NCBI GenBank assembly: GCA_044227615.1
Contig: JBGAWM010000013.1
Span: 521 to 64,520, forward strand
DNA: 64,000 nucleotides
Source of the DNA: Ignavibacteriaceae bacterium
GTDB lineage: Bacteria; Bacteroidota; Ignavibacteria; Ignavibacteriales; Ignavibacteriaceae
Direction of reading: 5' to 3'
This document shows, in pieces, positions 1-10,743 of this stretch. A program made the position numbers and the translations under genes. A model generated the notes under the pieces. The model was not told the origin of the DNA. It did no database searches and saw nothing but the letters and a program-made list of their open reading frames with translations. The stretch's first letter is position 1; each line of letters begins with the position of its first letter.

Positions 1-1580
1 ATTACAGGACCGTAACCAAAAAGTATTGCATCATTTCCTTTTGTTAGTTCTGCTCCAATACCAATTTTAAATTTGTAATCTTCAGGAAGTTCAATTCTTT
101 CTGGTGATGGACCAATAACTAATCTTAGCATGCAGTTATCTTTAGCTTTATTAACACAATATTCTGTCGCCCATTTTGTTTCATCACCATTGCAAGGTTG
201 TATGATAGTAAGATTTGGTAGTGCGCCAAACAAAGAAATATCCCGAACACTTTGATGCGATTTCCCAGGTCCGGCGGGAATCATTCCTGAAAAATGACAA
301 GTGTAAATTACTTTAGTTTTTTCTCCGGCATTATTATAAATCTGTTCGTTAGCTCTTGCTGCAAGAAAACTTGCAAAAGTATTTACAACAGGAATTAATC
401 CCATTCGTGCTAATCCGCCAGCCATTGAAACCATATCCTGCTCAGCAATTCCATTTTCAATAAATCTATCAGGATAAGTTTTCTCAAAATTACGGAGTTT
501 GCAATCAGCAGAAAGATCGCCATCAAGCAAAACTAATTTTTTATTCGTCTTTGCAATTTCAACTAATGCCTCACCATAAGCCTCTGTTACAAATTCTTTG
601 TCGAGCTTGGTAATAGATTTTCCTTCAGATTTATTTTCAGGAATCTGAATTTTATCAATGCCAAGTTTATGAGAGAGTTTATTAATTGTTAATGTCAATT
701 CGGCTAAACCTTTTTCATAACTTACATCATCAGGTGCGCCGGAGTGCCATTTATAAAGTGTTTTCCCTTGAAAAGTTTCAGTGAGAGGTTTTTCCATAAA
801 AGAAACTCCCTTGCCCTTAATCGTATCAGCAATAATCATCTTTGGTTTATCCGTAACTTTTTTCAGTTCCTCAAAAGTTTTTTTCAAAACATTGAAGTCG
901 TGTCCGTCTATTCTTACAACATGCCATCCGAAAGCAGAAACTTTTGTAACTACATCTTCAATGTTATTCACATCAGCAACAAGCATATCCGTTTGATATT
1001 TATTGTGATCCATAATTGCAGTGATATTACTTACTTTTTGATGTGCGGTTGCTTGGAGTGATTCGTAGATTTGTCCTTCCTGAAATTCTCCATCACCGGT
1101 GAGAACATAAACGTGACCCTCATTATGCTGGTAAGATTTCGCCCAGGCAAATCCCTTCCCCTTTGAAATTCCCATTCCCAATGAGCCAGTACTGGTTTCA
1201 ATTCCATTTTGCCTTACTTCCGGATGACCATCGAGTCCGTGCAATCTTCTTAACATTAATAATTTTTCTTCAGGAATAATTCCAAGTGCATAAAACAACG
1301 AATACAACCCTGGAACATCATGACCCTTTGAGGAAAAATAAATATCACGATCAGGTGAATCAAATCCAACCTCAAACACATTCATTTCGTTTAGGTAAAG
1401 ATAAGTTGTAATGTCTATCGCACTTAAACTTGATCCGAGATGACCTGAACCCGCTTTCTTAACAGCAACAAGAGTGTTGTATCTGCACATATCTGCAAAC
1501 AGCTCCATTTTAGTTGCCCAATTACCGCCATATGATCTTACTTTATCAAACTCTGATTTTTTAATAAGATTAAAATGCAT
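1..1580 (-). CDS. transketolase (fused N- and C-terminal modules), 3' end beyond window start
   Basis: Absent from the ORF track because it runs off the window. Reverse-strand translation from ATG at 1580-1578 gives MHFNLIKKSEFDKVRSYGGNWATKMELF...KKAGSGHLGSSLS...SKGHDVPGLYS...LDGHPE...LTGDGEFQEGQ, which are ThDP-binding transketolase motifs. The frame stays open to base 1. Confidence 0.8.
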   Translation of the reverse strand, partial: MHFNLIKKSEFDKVRSYGGNWATKMELFADMCRYNTLVAVKKAGSGHLGSSLSAIDITTYLYLNEMNVFEVGFDSPDRDIYFSSKGHDVPGLYSLFYALGIIPEEKLLMLRRLHGLDGHPEVRQNGIETSTGSLGMGISKGKGFAWAKSYQHNEGHVYVLTGDGEFQEGQIYESLQATAHQKVSNITAIMDHNKYQTDMLVADVNNIEDVVTKVSAFGWHVVRIDGHDFNVLKKTFEELKKVTDKPKMIIADTIKGKGVSFMEKPLTETFQGKTLYKWHSGAPDDVSYEKGLAELTLTINKLSHKLGIDKIQIPENKSEGKSITKLDKEFVTEAYGEALVEIAKTNKKLVLLDGDLSADCKLRNFEKTYPDRFIENGIAEQDMVSMAGGLARMGLIPVVNTFASFLAARANEQIYNNAGEKTKVIYTCHFSGMIPAGPGKSHQSVRDISLFGALPNLTIIQPCNGDETKWATEYCVNKAKDNCMLRLVIGPSPERIELPEDYKFKIGIGAELTKGNDAILFGYGPV

Positions 1581-1766
1581 CATAACTCCAAAGTTTAAAT
1601 TTCTATTTATAAAATTGAATACTTGAAAAATATTACATAAGCAGGAGAAAAAGTAATTAAGTAAATGTTAAGTGATTTAAAACATCATTCTAAATCTACG
1701 ATAAGCTTGCTCGTATTTTTAATTTAATTAACTATATTTTCAATAGATTTTTGGATAAAATATTTT

Positions 1767-2990
1767 ATGAGCTACTACGAAATACTAATACTTGGAATTA
1801 TAATTTTATCTTTAGTTGGAATTGCCTTAGGCAGTTATCCAACTTTTAGAATGAATCGTTCAACAATTGCTTTAGTTGGTGCAACAGCATTAATGATAAT
1901 AGGGGCTTTAACTGTTGAGGATGCTTTCAAAGCGATTGATATTCAAACTATAATTTTACTTTTTTCCATGATGGTTTTGAATATCAACTTACGACTCTCA
2001 GGATTTTTTAAAATCATTACATCAAAAATTATTTCATTTGCAAAAACTCCAAAACAACTTTTAGCACTTATTATTTTTTCTTCAGGATTGCTATCAGCAT
2101 TATTTCTGAACGATACGATTGTAATAATGTTTACTCCTCTGATTCTCAGTGTAGTCTTATCATTAAAAAGAAATCCTATTCCTTATCTTGTAGCACTTGC
2201 AACCTCAGCAAATGTTGGATCCGTTGCAACAATTGTTGGAAATCCACAGAACATGATAATCGGAATATTTTCTAAAATATCTTTTACACAATTTGCAATC
2301 AAACTTACACCTATAGCACTAATTGGTCTTACAATAATTTGGGTAGTAATCGTTCTGATTTATAAATCTGAATTCCGAAACGAAAAACTTTCTACAGAAA
2401 TTGAAGAAGATTATAAAGTATTCCGTCCGCTGCTTATTAAGAGTTCGATTGTTTTAGCTCTAATGTTAATAGCTTTCAATCTTGGGTTTCCAATCGCATT
2501 GTCAGCACTTGGCGGAGCTTCGCTATTATTGATTACAAGAAGAATAAAACCTGAAAGAGTTTTTATTGAATTGGATTGGTCTTTATTAGTTTTCTTTTCT
2601 GGTCTATTTATAATTACACATACTTTAAACGAATTCTTTATTTCAAAATATTTTCAGATAAGCCAAAGTCTAATAAGCGGAAATATTGTTTTTGATCTTT
2701 CAATAGTCTCTGCGGTGTTGAGTAATCTTGTTTCCAATGTTCCTGCGGTGCTGTTAATTAGTCCAGCACTTTTAAAATTTAGTAATGCAGAAAATCTTTG
2801 GTTAGCACTTGCGATGTCATCAACTTTTGCCGGAAATCTAACTCTGCTTGGATCGGTTGCAAATTTAATTGTTGCGGAATCTGCAAAAAGACAGGGTGTT
2901 AAACTTGAATTTATGGAATACCTAAAGGCAGGCATTCCAATTACAATTCTCACTTTGATTATAGGTATTGTTTGGTTAAATGTTCTTTAA
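1767..2990 (+). CDS. ArsB/NhaD (SLC13-like) family anion permease
   Basis: 407 aa polytopic membrane protein. The N-terminus and repeated hydrophobic modules are typical of the ArsB/citrate-transporter-like permease fold. Confidence 0.6.
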   Translation: MSYYEILILGIIILSLVGIALGSYPTFRMNRSTIALVGATALMIIGALTVEDAFKAIDIQTIILLFSMMVLNINLRLSGFFKIITSKIISFAKTPKQLLALIIFSSGLLSALFLNDTIVIMFTPLILSVVLSLKRNPIPYLVALATSANVGSVATIVGNPQNMIIGIFSKISFTQFAIKLTPIALIGLTIIWVVIVLIYKSEFRNEKLSTEIEEDYKVFRPLLIKSSIVLALMLIAFNLGFPIALSALGGASLLLITRRIKPERVFIELDWSLLVFFSGLFIITHTLNEFFISKYFQISQSLISGNIVFDLSIVSAVLSNLVSNVPAVLLISPALLKFSNAENLWLALAMSSTFAGNLTLLGSVANLIVAESAKRQGVKLEFMEYLKAGIPITILTLIIGIVWLNVL

Positions 2991-3000
2991 TCAGAATCGC

Positions 3001-3037
3001 TTTTAAAATAAAGAACCCGGTAACCGAAGCTACCGGG
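3001..3037 (-). terminator. intrinsic terminator oriented on the minus strand
   Basis: The minus strand reads CCCGGUAGC-UUCG-GUUACCGGG (9-bp stem closing a C(UUCG)G tetraloop, 3016-3037) followed by UUCUUUAUUUU. On the plus strand the hairpin is not followed by a T-tract. Confidence 0.6.
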
Positions 3038-3081
3038 CTTGTCCTAACAAAAGGTCTGGGGGTTAACCTTCTGCTAGCGAC
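3005..3081 (-). ncRNA. candidate orphan small RNA (about 75-80 nt), family not recognised
   Basis: The minus strand has TTGCAT (3116-3111), a 17-nt spacer and TATTTT (3093-3088), then about 75 nt ending in the strong UUCG terminator. No minus-strand gene lies upstream or downstream. The only ORF here (2959-3153) is low-complexity. Confidence 0.2.
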
Positions 3082-3204
3082 GCTGTAAAAATAAAACAAG
3101 TATTTTGCGAATGCAAGAGTTTTTTCAATGCCGAAAAAATAAATTAGCTGCATCCGAGATGATATTTTTTTAGCATCAATTAGTAAAAGAAAAATTACAC
3201 ATTT

Positions 3205-3876
3205 ATGAATAATAATTTGGCAGAAGAAAAAGCTGATGGATATTTTAACCTAATCAAAATCGCTCTGCTTCTCAGTCTCATCACAATTATTTACAATATT
3301 GTGGAAGGGTTAGTTTCAATATTCTTTGGATTAAAAGATGAAACTTTAGCATTGTTTGGCTTTGGTGCCGACAGTTTTGTTGAGGTTATTTCAGGCTTAG
3401 GAATTTTCCATATGATCATTCGAATGAAGAATGGAACTGTTGAGCAAAGAGATGGATTTGAAAGAACTGCTCTCCGAATTACAGGATTTAGTTTTTATAT
3501 ATTAACTGCAGGATTAGTTTTAGGTGCGGCAATGAATCTAGTCCTAGGGAATAAACCCGAAACTACTTTTGCTGGAATAATAATTTCTGCCGTTTCAATA
3601 TTAACTATGTATTTCTTGATGAGATCTAAATTAAAAGTCGGTAAAAAATTAAATTCTGATGCAATAGTTGCAGATGCAAATTGTACTAAAACTTGTTTTT
3701 ATCTTTCCTTCATATTATTGGTATCAAGTTTAAGTTATGAAATTGTTAAAATCAGTTACCTTGATATTGCAGGATCTATTGGCATAGCTGTGTTTGCTTT
3801 TAGAGAAGGCAAAGAATCATTTGAAAAATCAAGAAGTGAAAAACTTTCTTGTTCTTGTGATGATGAAAGTCATTAA
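3205..3876 (+). CDS. cation-efflux (CDF-like) membrane protein, transmembrane domain only
   Basis: 223 aa with about 6 TM segments. GFGADSFVEVISG and AIVADANCTKT resemble the paired acidic/His metal-site motifs of CDF TM2/TM5. Confidence 0.45.
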   Translation: MNNNLAEEKADGYFNLIKIALLLSLITIIYNIVEGLVSIFFGLKDETLALFGFGADSFVEVISGLGIFHMIIRMKNGTVEQRDGFERTALRITGFSFYILTAGLVLGAAMNLVLGNKPETTFAGIIISAVSILTMYFLMRSKLKVGKKLNSDAIVADANCTKTCFYLSFILLVSSLSYEIVKISYLDIAGSIGIAVFAFREGKESFEKSRSEKLSCSCDDESH

Positions 3877-4589
3877 CCTTTTCTTATCAATTCAAACATT
3901 TCAGCAACTGCTTGTTTTAATCCAACAAAAACTGCACGAGCAATAATTGAATGCCCGATACTAACTTCATCAATATCGGTTAACTCTCTAAAAACTTTTA
4001 TGTTTTGATAATTTAATCCATGACCGGCGTTTACTCCTAGTCCTAATTTTTTGGCATGCTTTACTGCAATTCTGATCTTATCTAATTCATCAAACTGTTC
4101 TTCCTCAGAAAGTGCATTGGCAAAAACTCCGGTATGAATTTCTATGTAATCACTTTTAATTTCTGCAGCAGCATCTATTTGCCTGATATCGGGTTCGATA
4201 AATAGTGAAACTTCAATATCATGCTTATGCAGTTCTTCAATTGTACTTTTCATCAATGTAATATTGTCTATAACATTAATACCGCCTTCAGTAGTAAGCT
4301 CTTGTCTCTTTTCCGGAACGATTGTCGCAAGCTCCGGACCAATATCGCATGCAATTTTAATTATCTCGTCAGCAGCAGCCATTTCTAAATCCAGCTTTGT
4401 GGTTATTAGTTCGCGAAGAAGTCTAACATCTCTTTCATTAATATGTCTTCTATCCTCCCGAAGATGAACAACAATTCCATCAATACCAGCTTGCTCAGCA
4501 ATCAGAGCTGCGGTTACAGGATCCGGTTGTGTTTCGTTGCGGGCATTTCGCAATGTTGCAATGTGATCTATATTTAATGATAATTTCAT
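3873..4589 (-). CDS. pdxJ: pyridoxine 5'-phosphate synthase
   Basis: LNIDHIATLRNAR...PDPV.AA..AEQAGIDGIVVHLREDRRHI matches PdxJ almost residue for residue. Confidence 0.95.
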   Translation of the reverse strand: MKLSLNIDHIATLRNARNETQPDPVTAALIAEQAGIDGIVVHLREDRRHINERDVRLLRELITTKLDLEMAAADEIIKIACDIGPELATIVPEKRQELTTEGGINVIDNITLMKSTIEELHKHDIEVSLFIEPDIRQIDAAAEIKSDYIEIHTGVFANALSEEEQFDELDKIRIAVKHAKKLGLGVNAGHGLNYQNIKVFRELTDIDEVSIGHSIIARAVFVGLKQAVAEMFELIRKG

Positions 4590-4597
4590 TATAAACC

Positions 4598-5389
4598 TCA
4601 GAAAATTTGCTTTAATAAATTTATTACAGATGTAAAACCTATAGCATAATCATCTGTACGAAAACGAAGTGTGGAGATAAAATCAATGGAGTACATTACA
4701 CCTATATGAACAATAATACAATAATAAATCGAACGGGTTCTTAATGCAAGAACACCAAGAGCTATTCCTCCAAATATTGCTCCAAAGGTTTCCAGAAAAG
4801 GTTTTCCATTGTGAAGAATAAGAAACGGGATCATTTGCATTAATACCGAGTAATATCCAAACTTTTTTTCCAGACCGAACAACATAAATCCACGCCACAT
4901 AAATTCCCAGGCAAACATATAAAGAAGCATTCCTGCTTCATAAATGAGAAGAGTATTCCAATCAGATTTTGCACTGGATAAGTGTGGATACTTTTCTGCA
5001 AACGCCGGAGTAGCTGAAACGAACCAAACCAGAATTATCATCACAAAAAGGAATAGAAGTGAAAAAGACAAACCGGTTTTTAAATCCCCAAATCGTAATC
5101 CAAAATCTCTCAGCTTCTCTTTTAATCCTAGTTTAATTATGACAACTCCTAGAATAAAAAAGGTAAAGAAATCCCCAATAAACCAGTACAAATATTCAAG
5201 TAAATAAGGATCTGAATGATCCTGAAATTGCTCAAAAAGATTTGCACGGAAAAATCGTCTTGAAGTAAAATAGAACGAGAAGGTTTGAAGTATCGCAACG
5301 GATAGAAAAATTACCACAACTTTTCTATCTAAACTCTTAATAATCTCGAGTAGGGCTTTTAGCTCTGTTTTTAAATTAAAGTTTTTCAA
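4598..5389 (-). CDS. CPBP family intramembrane glutamic endopeptidase (CAAX protease-like)
   Basis: Polytopic membrane protein with the EFMWRGF (EExxxR-type) motif and downstream conserved His residues (LHNG, VHIG). Confidence 0.7.
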   Translation of the reverse strand: MKNFNLKTELKALLEIIKSLDRKVVVIFLSVAILQTFSFYFTSRRFFRANLFEQFQDHSDPYLLEYLYWFIGDFFTFFILGVVIIKLGLKEKLRDFGLRFGDLKTGLSFSLLFLFVMIILVWFVSATPAFAEKYPHLSSAKSDWNTLLIYEAGMLLYMFAWEFMWRGFMLFGLEKKFGYYSVLMQMIPFLILHNGKPFLETFGAIFGGIALGVLALRTRSIYYCIIVHIGVMYSIDFISTLRFRTDDYAIGFTSVINLLKQIF

Positions 5390-5454
5390 TTCTTAAAAAG
5401 ATTTATTTTTTGTTCAAAATTAAGCAATTTATATCACATCCAAAGAGCAATTTC

Positions 5455-5483
5455 TTGACAAATTTTTAATTCAGGTGTATATT
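5455..5483 (+). promoter_or_regulatory. sigma-70-type promoter of groES-groEL
   Basis: TTGACA (5455-5460), 17-nt spacer, TATATT (5478-5483), immediately overlapping the CIRCE operator. Confidence 0.6.
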
Positions 5484-5508
5484 AGCACTCGTCTTTTAAG
5501 AGTGCTAA
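5482..5508 (+). promoter_or_regulatory. CIRCE operator (HrcA binding site)
   Basis: TTAGCACTC-gtcttttaa-GAGTGCTAA is a perfect match to the CIRCE consensus TTAGCACTC-N9-GAGTGCTAA. It lies 35 bp upstream of groES. Confidence 0.9.
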
Positions 5509-5542
5509 TCAAAAAATTAATAACAAAATAAAAGGAGCTATT

Positions 5543-5842
5543 ATGAGCGAAATCAAATTAAAACCACTTGGTGACAGAGTTGTTGTAAAACCTGCCGCTG
5601 CTGAAGAAAAAACCGCTGGTGGTATTATTCTGCCTGATACAGTAAAAGAAAAACCTGTTGAAGGAACTGTAGTTGCTGCTGGTCCCGGCAAAGTTGCTGA
5701 CGATGGTAAAGCAATCAAGATGGAAGTTAAGGTTGGCGACAAAGTACTTTATGGAAAATACAGTGGTACTGAAGTTACAATTAACGGTGAAGAATATCTC
5801 ATTATGCGTGAGAGTGATATCTTCGGAATATTAGGCAAGTAA
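5543..5842 (+). CDS. groES: co-chaperonin GroES
   Basis: [38 protein letters not shown] is the classic Cpn10 sequence. Confidence 0.97.
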   Translation: MSEIKLKPLGDRVVVKPAAAEEKTAGGIILPDTVKEKPVEGTVVAAGPGKVADDGKAIKMEVKVGDKVLYGKYSGTEVTINGEEYLIMRESDIFGILGK

Positions 5843-5849
5843 TTATTAA

Positions 5850-7511
<1,662 letters not shown>

Positions 7512-7560
7512 TGGAATAGCTATCACGATGTGATAGAAATTTATTCTGTTATTTTTACAA

Positions 7561-7590
7561 GGCGAGGTTTTTTCCTCGCCTTTTTTGTTT
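7561..7590 (+). terminator. intrinsic terminator after groEL
   Basis: GGCGAGG-tttttt-CCTCGCC followed by TTTTTTGTTTTT. Confidence 0.8.
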
Positions 7591-7670
7591 TTAATCAGAT
7601 GATTTTGATGGCAGGGTATTTGAATAATTCCATAAAAATGATTTTTGTCATTCTTATTGGAACTTAATAA

Positions 7671-9962
7671 ATGAAATCAAATATGCCGAATGATTTGAAA
7701 TCTAAAGAATTACTCACAAGGGGAGTTAAATCTTCAGAAATCTTAGTTAAAAATTCAAATCAATTCCGATCGAGAAGTGGAAATTACTTCCTAAATCCAA
7801 GTAAATTTGAAATTCTCTCCGTAAACATGTTTAATCTTGAAGAAAGCCTTCGATCACAAAAGCGGACGTATCTACTCCAGTTTGATCAAGTAAGAACAAG
7901 TTATATTGCGGCTGAAATAATAATTAAAAATCCAAGTTTTAATAATGACTCTGTTTTAAGAGGTTTAACCATTTGGTACCTTGACGATGAAGAAGTTGGT
8001 AGAAATAATTTTAATCTTGAAATAAAAAGAGAATGGGAAATTATTGAGTTTATTCAAAGTTGGGGAACACCTATGCCTGGTTTTTGGAAACAAGGTGAAG
8101 GCAGAATAGAAGTTCTTCTGGAAAATAATGTTGTTCTTAAACACTTTTTTGGAATAGGAAATTCTGAGATTTTTGATTTTGCCGGTAATGAAAATAGTAT
8201 TACCGATATCTCAAATAAACAAATCACACAGCAGCCAAAAGCGATTGAAAACTTTAAAAAGACTTTTATAGATAATTCTTCTCTTGCCTCCCTATTTGAT
8301 GAGTTTGATAATTATGTGGGATTGAAAAATTTAAAACAGTCGTTAAAAGATTTTATAACATATTTTGATTTTATTAATGAAAGAAAAAAGAGAGGTATTG
8401 AAACAGAAGAAAGTATATCTGCTAACTGTATATTTTTAGGCAACCCGGGTACGGGGAAAACATCTATTGCAAGATTGCTCGGTAAGTTTTTTAAAGCGAT
8501 TGGATTACTTGAGAATGGACACGTTATCGAAGTTGATCGTGCTGATCTTGTGGGTGAATATATTGGTGAGACTGCAAAGAAAACTGATAAAATCGTAAAT
8601 CAGGCTTTAGGTGGAATACTTTTTATAGATGAGGCATACTCACTTAAAAAAGATAGTAGTGGACAGGATTTCGGTCAGGAAGCTATTGATATTATCTTAA
8701 AGAGAATGGAAGATTATAAAGGTAAATTCTTTGTAATCGCTGCGGGCTACCCTGCTTTAATGCAGAATTTCTTAGAATCAAATCCGGTATTAAAATCTAG
8801 ATTTACACACTACTTTACATTTGATAATTATACTGCTGACGAACTTACATCTATTTACAAGTTATTTGCGGCAAGAGATAAATATTTAGTTCAGAAAGAA
8901 GCAGAGATATCTCTATTAGGAAAATTAGAAATTATTTGTTCCAACGCTAATGATTCTTTTGGAAATGCTCGATATGTAAGAAATCTCTATAATCAAACTA
9001 AAGTAGAGCTTAGTAAACGGTATCAACTTCTTAAAGAAAATGAAAAAAATTTTTCCGCATTAAATACTTTGACAAAAGAAGATGTTCAAGCAGCATTAAT
9101 AATTCTTGAAAGCAGAGCTAGCAATAATAATTTAAGGGAATTAAAACTAGATAAATATATAGCAGAAGTTAATAATCTTGTAGGACTTGATGATGTAAAA
9201 ATTGTCTTTAATAAAATTCTTACCTCAGTAAAAGTTGATAAACTTAAAAAAGAAAGATCAATTACTTCTATTTACAGAAACTTAAATTCAATTTTTATAT
9301 CAGAACATGGCTCCGGAACATCCACGATAGCAAGATTGTATGCAAAGAGTTTGAAGGAATCAGATCGTTTAACCAAAGGTCAATTGATTGAGATTGATAG
9401 CTCAACATTTTATGGGTTAAGTAAGCTTGACGCTTATCTTATGATTGATGAGCTTTTTAAGAAACTGCTGGGCAATGTAATACTTGTTAATGATGTGACT
9501 GCAGCTTTGCAATGCACGAATGATTTTAGTGATTCATTGCTGCAATACTTTTTAAAAAAACTTTATTTAATAAATGATGATGTTGTAGCAATCCTATCGG
9601 GAACTGCAGAGGAAATTGATACTCTGATTAATAATTTTCCAGTTTTAGAGAATCAGTTTCCCAACATCTTTAATTTTGAGCCTTACTCAATTAGGCAACT
9701 TCTCGAAATCGCTTTAAGCATCAGTCAGAAAAATAATTATCAGCTTGATGAAGGCGCGTGGCAGCAAATGCTTGAGTTGATAATAGAGTTAAAAAAAGAA
9801 ACGCGTAAAAATTTTTACAACGCAAGAACTCTGAAAGAAATAATAAATAAAGCTATTTCTTATCAGGAAGATAGAATTTTAGCAGCTAAAGATATTCAAG
9901 AAAATGATTTGATGATGATAACCTATGAAGACTTAACTGCGCTTCGCTCGGCAGGGATTTAA
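7671..9962 (+). CDS. tandem AAA+ ATPase of the CbbX/SpoVK type with an unknown ~230-aa N-terminal domain
   Basis: The first AAA module has Walker A GNPGTGKTS and Walker B ILFIDEAYSL. The second module (from about aa 510) has a degenerate P-loop GSGTST (no Lys) and LVNDV instead of hhhhDE. Confidence 0.75.
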   Translation: MKSNMPNDLKSKELLTRGVKSSEILVKNSNQFRSRSGNYFLNPSKFEILSVNMFNLEESLRSQKRTYLLQFDQVRTSYIAAEIIIKNPSFNNDSVLRGLTIWYLDDEEVGRNNFNLEIKREWEIIEFIQSWGTPMPGFWKQGEGRIEVLLENNVVLKHFFGIGNSEIFDFAGNENSITDISNKQITQQPKAIENFKKTFIDNSSLASLFDEFDNYVGLKNLKQSLKDFITYFDFINERKKRGIETEESISANCIFLGNPGTGKTSIARLLGKFFKAIGLLENGHVIEVDRADLVGEYIGETAKKTDKIVNQALGGILFIDEAYSLKKDSSGQDFGQEAIDIILKRMEDYKGKFFVIAAGYPALMQNFLESNPVLKSRFTHYFTFDNYTADELTSIYKLFAARDKYLVQKEAEISLLGKLEIICSNANDSFGNARYVRNLYNQTKVELSKRYQLLKENEKNFSALNTLTKEDVQAALIILESRASNNNLRELKLDKYIAEVNNLVGLDDVKIVFNKILTSVKVDKLKKERSITSIYRNLNSIFISEHGSGTSTIARLYAKSLKESDRLTKGQLIEIDSSTFYGLSKLDAYLMIDELFKKLLGNVILVNDVTAALQCTNDFSDSLLQYFLKKLYLINDDVVAILSGTAEEIDTLINNFPVLENQFPNIFNFEPYSIRQLLEIALSISQKNNYQLDEGAWQQMLELIIELKKETRKNFYNARTLKEIINKAISYQEDRILAAKDIQENDLMMITYEDLTALRSAGI

Positions 9963-10023
9963 TATTTAGTGTTATCGTATCTATATTTCTTAAAACTAAT
10001 TTTAATATTTTATTTGATTTATA

Positions 10024-10743
10024 ATGCTCGATATAAAAAACGTAACAAAAAAGTTTGGTTCATTTACAGCAGTCAATAATCTGAATCTTAACGTTAAATC
10101 AGGAGATTTTTTTGGATTTCTTGGACAAAACGGAGCAGGTAAAACTACGACTATAAAAATGATTTCCGGTTTGTACAACGCAACTTCCGGCAGCATACTT
10201 ATAGATGGATATGATATTTATAAAGAGCCAATAAAAGCTAAATCTTTAATCGGATACATTCCCGATCAGCCGTTTATCTATGAAAAACTTACAGGACGGG
10301 AATTTCTCTATTTCAGCGGCGGATTATATTCAATCGAAAAAAGAAAATTAAAAATTATAATCGATGAGATTATTGACAAATTAGAAATTGGTGATTGGGT
10401 TGATAAACGAACTGAAGAATATTCACAAGGAATGAAGCAAAGAATAACAATCGCTTCTGCCTTGCTTCACAATCCGAAATTATTGGTTGTAGATGAGCCA
10501 ATGGTCGGCTTAGATCCTCAAAGTGCGTTAATAGTTAAAAATATTCTTAAAGAAAAAGCTAATAGTGGAGCAGCAGTTTTTATGTCAACCCACAGTTTAA
10601 ATGTTGCTGAAGAAATTTGTACGAGAATTGGAATAATTAAAGACGGCACTATGATATTTTCTGATACAACTGAAGTTCTGGAAACAATTAAAGGATCAGA
10701 TCATCATAATTTAGAATCACTTTTTATACATCTTACAAAATAA
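10024..10743 (+). CDS. ABC transporter ATP-binding protein
   Basis: Walker A GQNGAGKTT, signature YSQGMKQR, Walker B LLVVDEP, H-loop STH. Confidence 0.9.
   Translation: MLDIKNVTKKFGSFTAVNNLNLNVKSGDFFGFLGQNGAGKTTTIKMISGLYNATSGSILIDGYDIYKEPIKAKSLIGYIPDQPFIYEKLTGREFLYFSGGLYSIEKRKLKIIIDEIIDKLEIGDWVDKRTEEYSQGMKQRITIASALLHNPKLLVVDEPMVGLDPQSALIVKNILKEKANSGAAVFMSTHSLNVAEEICTRIGIIKDGTMIFSDTTEVLETIKGSDHHNLESLFIHLTK

Noticed and set aside
744-1061. Plus-strand ORFs 744-1061 and 781-996
   Set aside because: They lie entirely antisense to a clearly conserved transketolase reading frame. The peptides are low-complexity with no motifs.
3001-3116. Possibility that the spacer RNA is SRP (4.5S) RNA or a metal riboswitch for the downstream CDF-like gene
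   Set aside because: There is no GGAA/GNAR tetraloop with flanking AGCA/AGG symmetric-loop motifs of SRP helix 8. The terminator is functional only on the strand opposite to the CDF-like gene, so a cis riboswitch does not fit.
2959-3153. 64-aa minus-strand ORF in the ArsB/CDF spacer
   Set aside because: It spans the UUCG terminator hairpin and the promoter-like element. Its composition is odd (Phe/Tyr-rich then basic) and it has no RBS. A non-coding RNA or terminator region explains it better.
5509-5742. 77-aa ORF antisense to groES, and 6476-6679 antisense to groEL
   Set aside because: Antisense shadow ORFs within highly conserved chaperonin genes.
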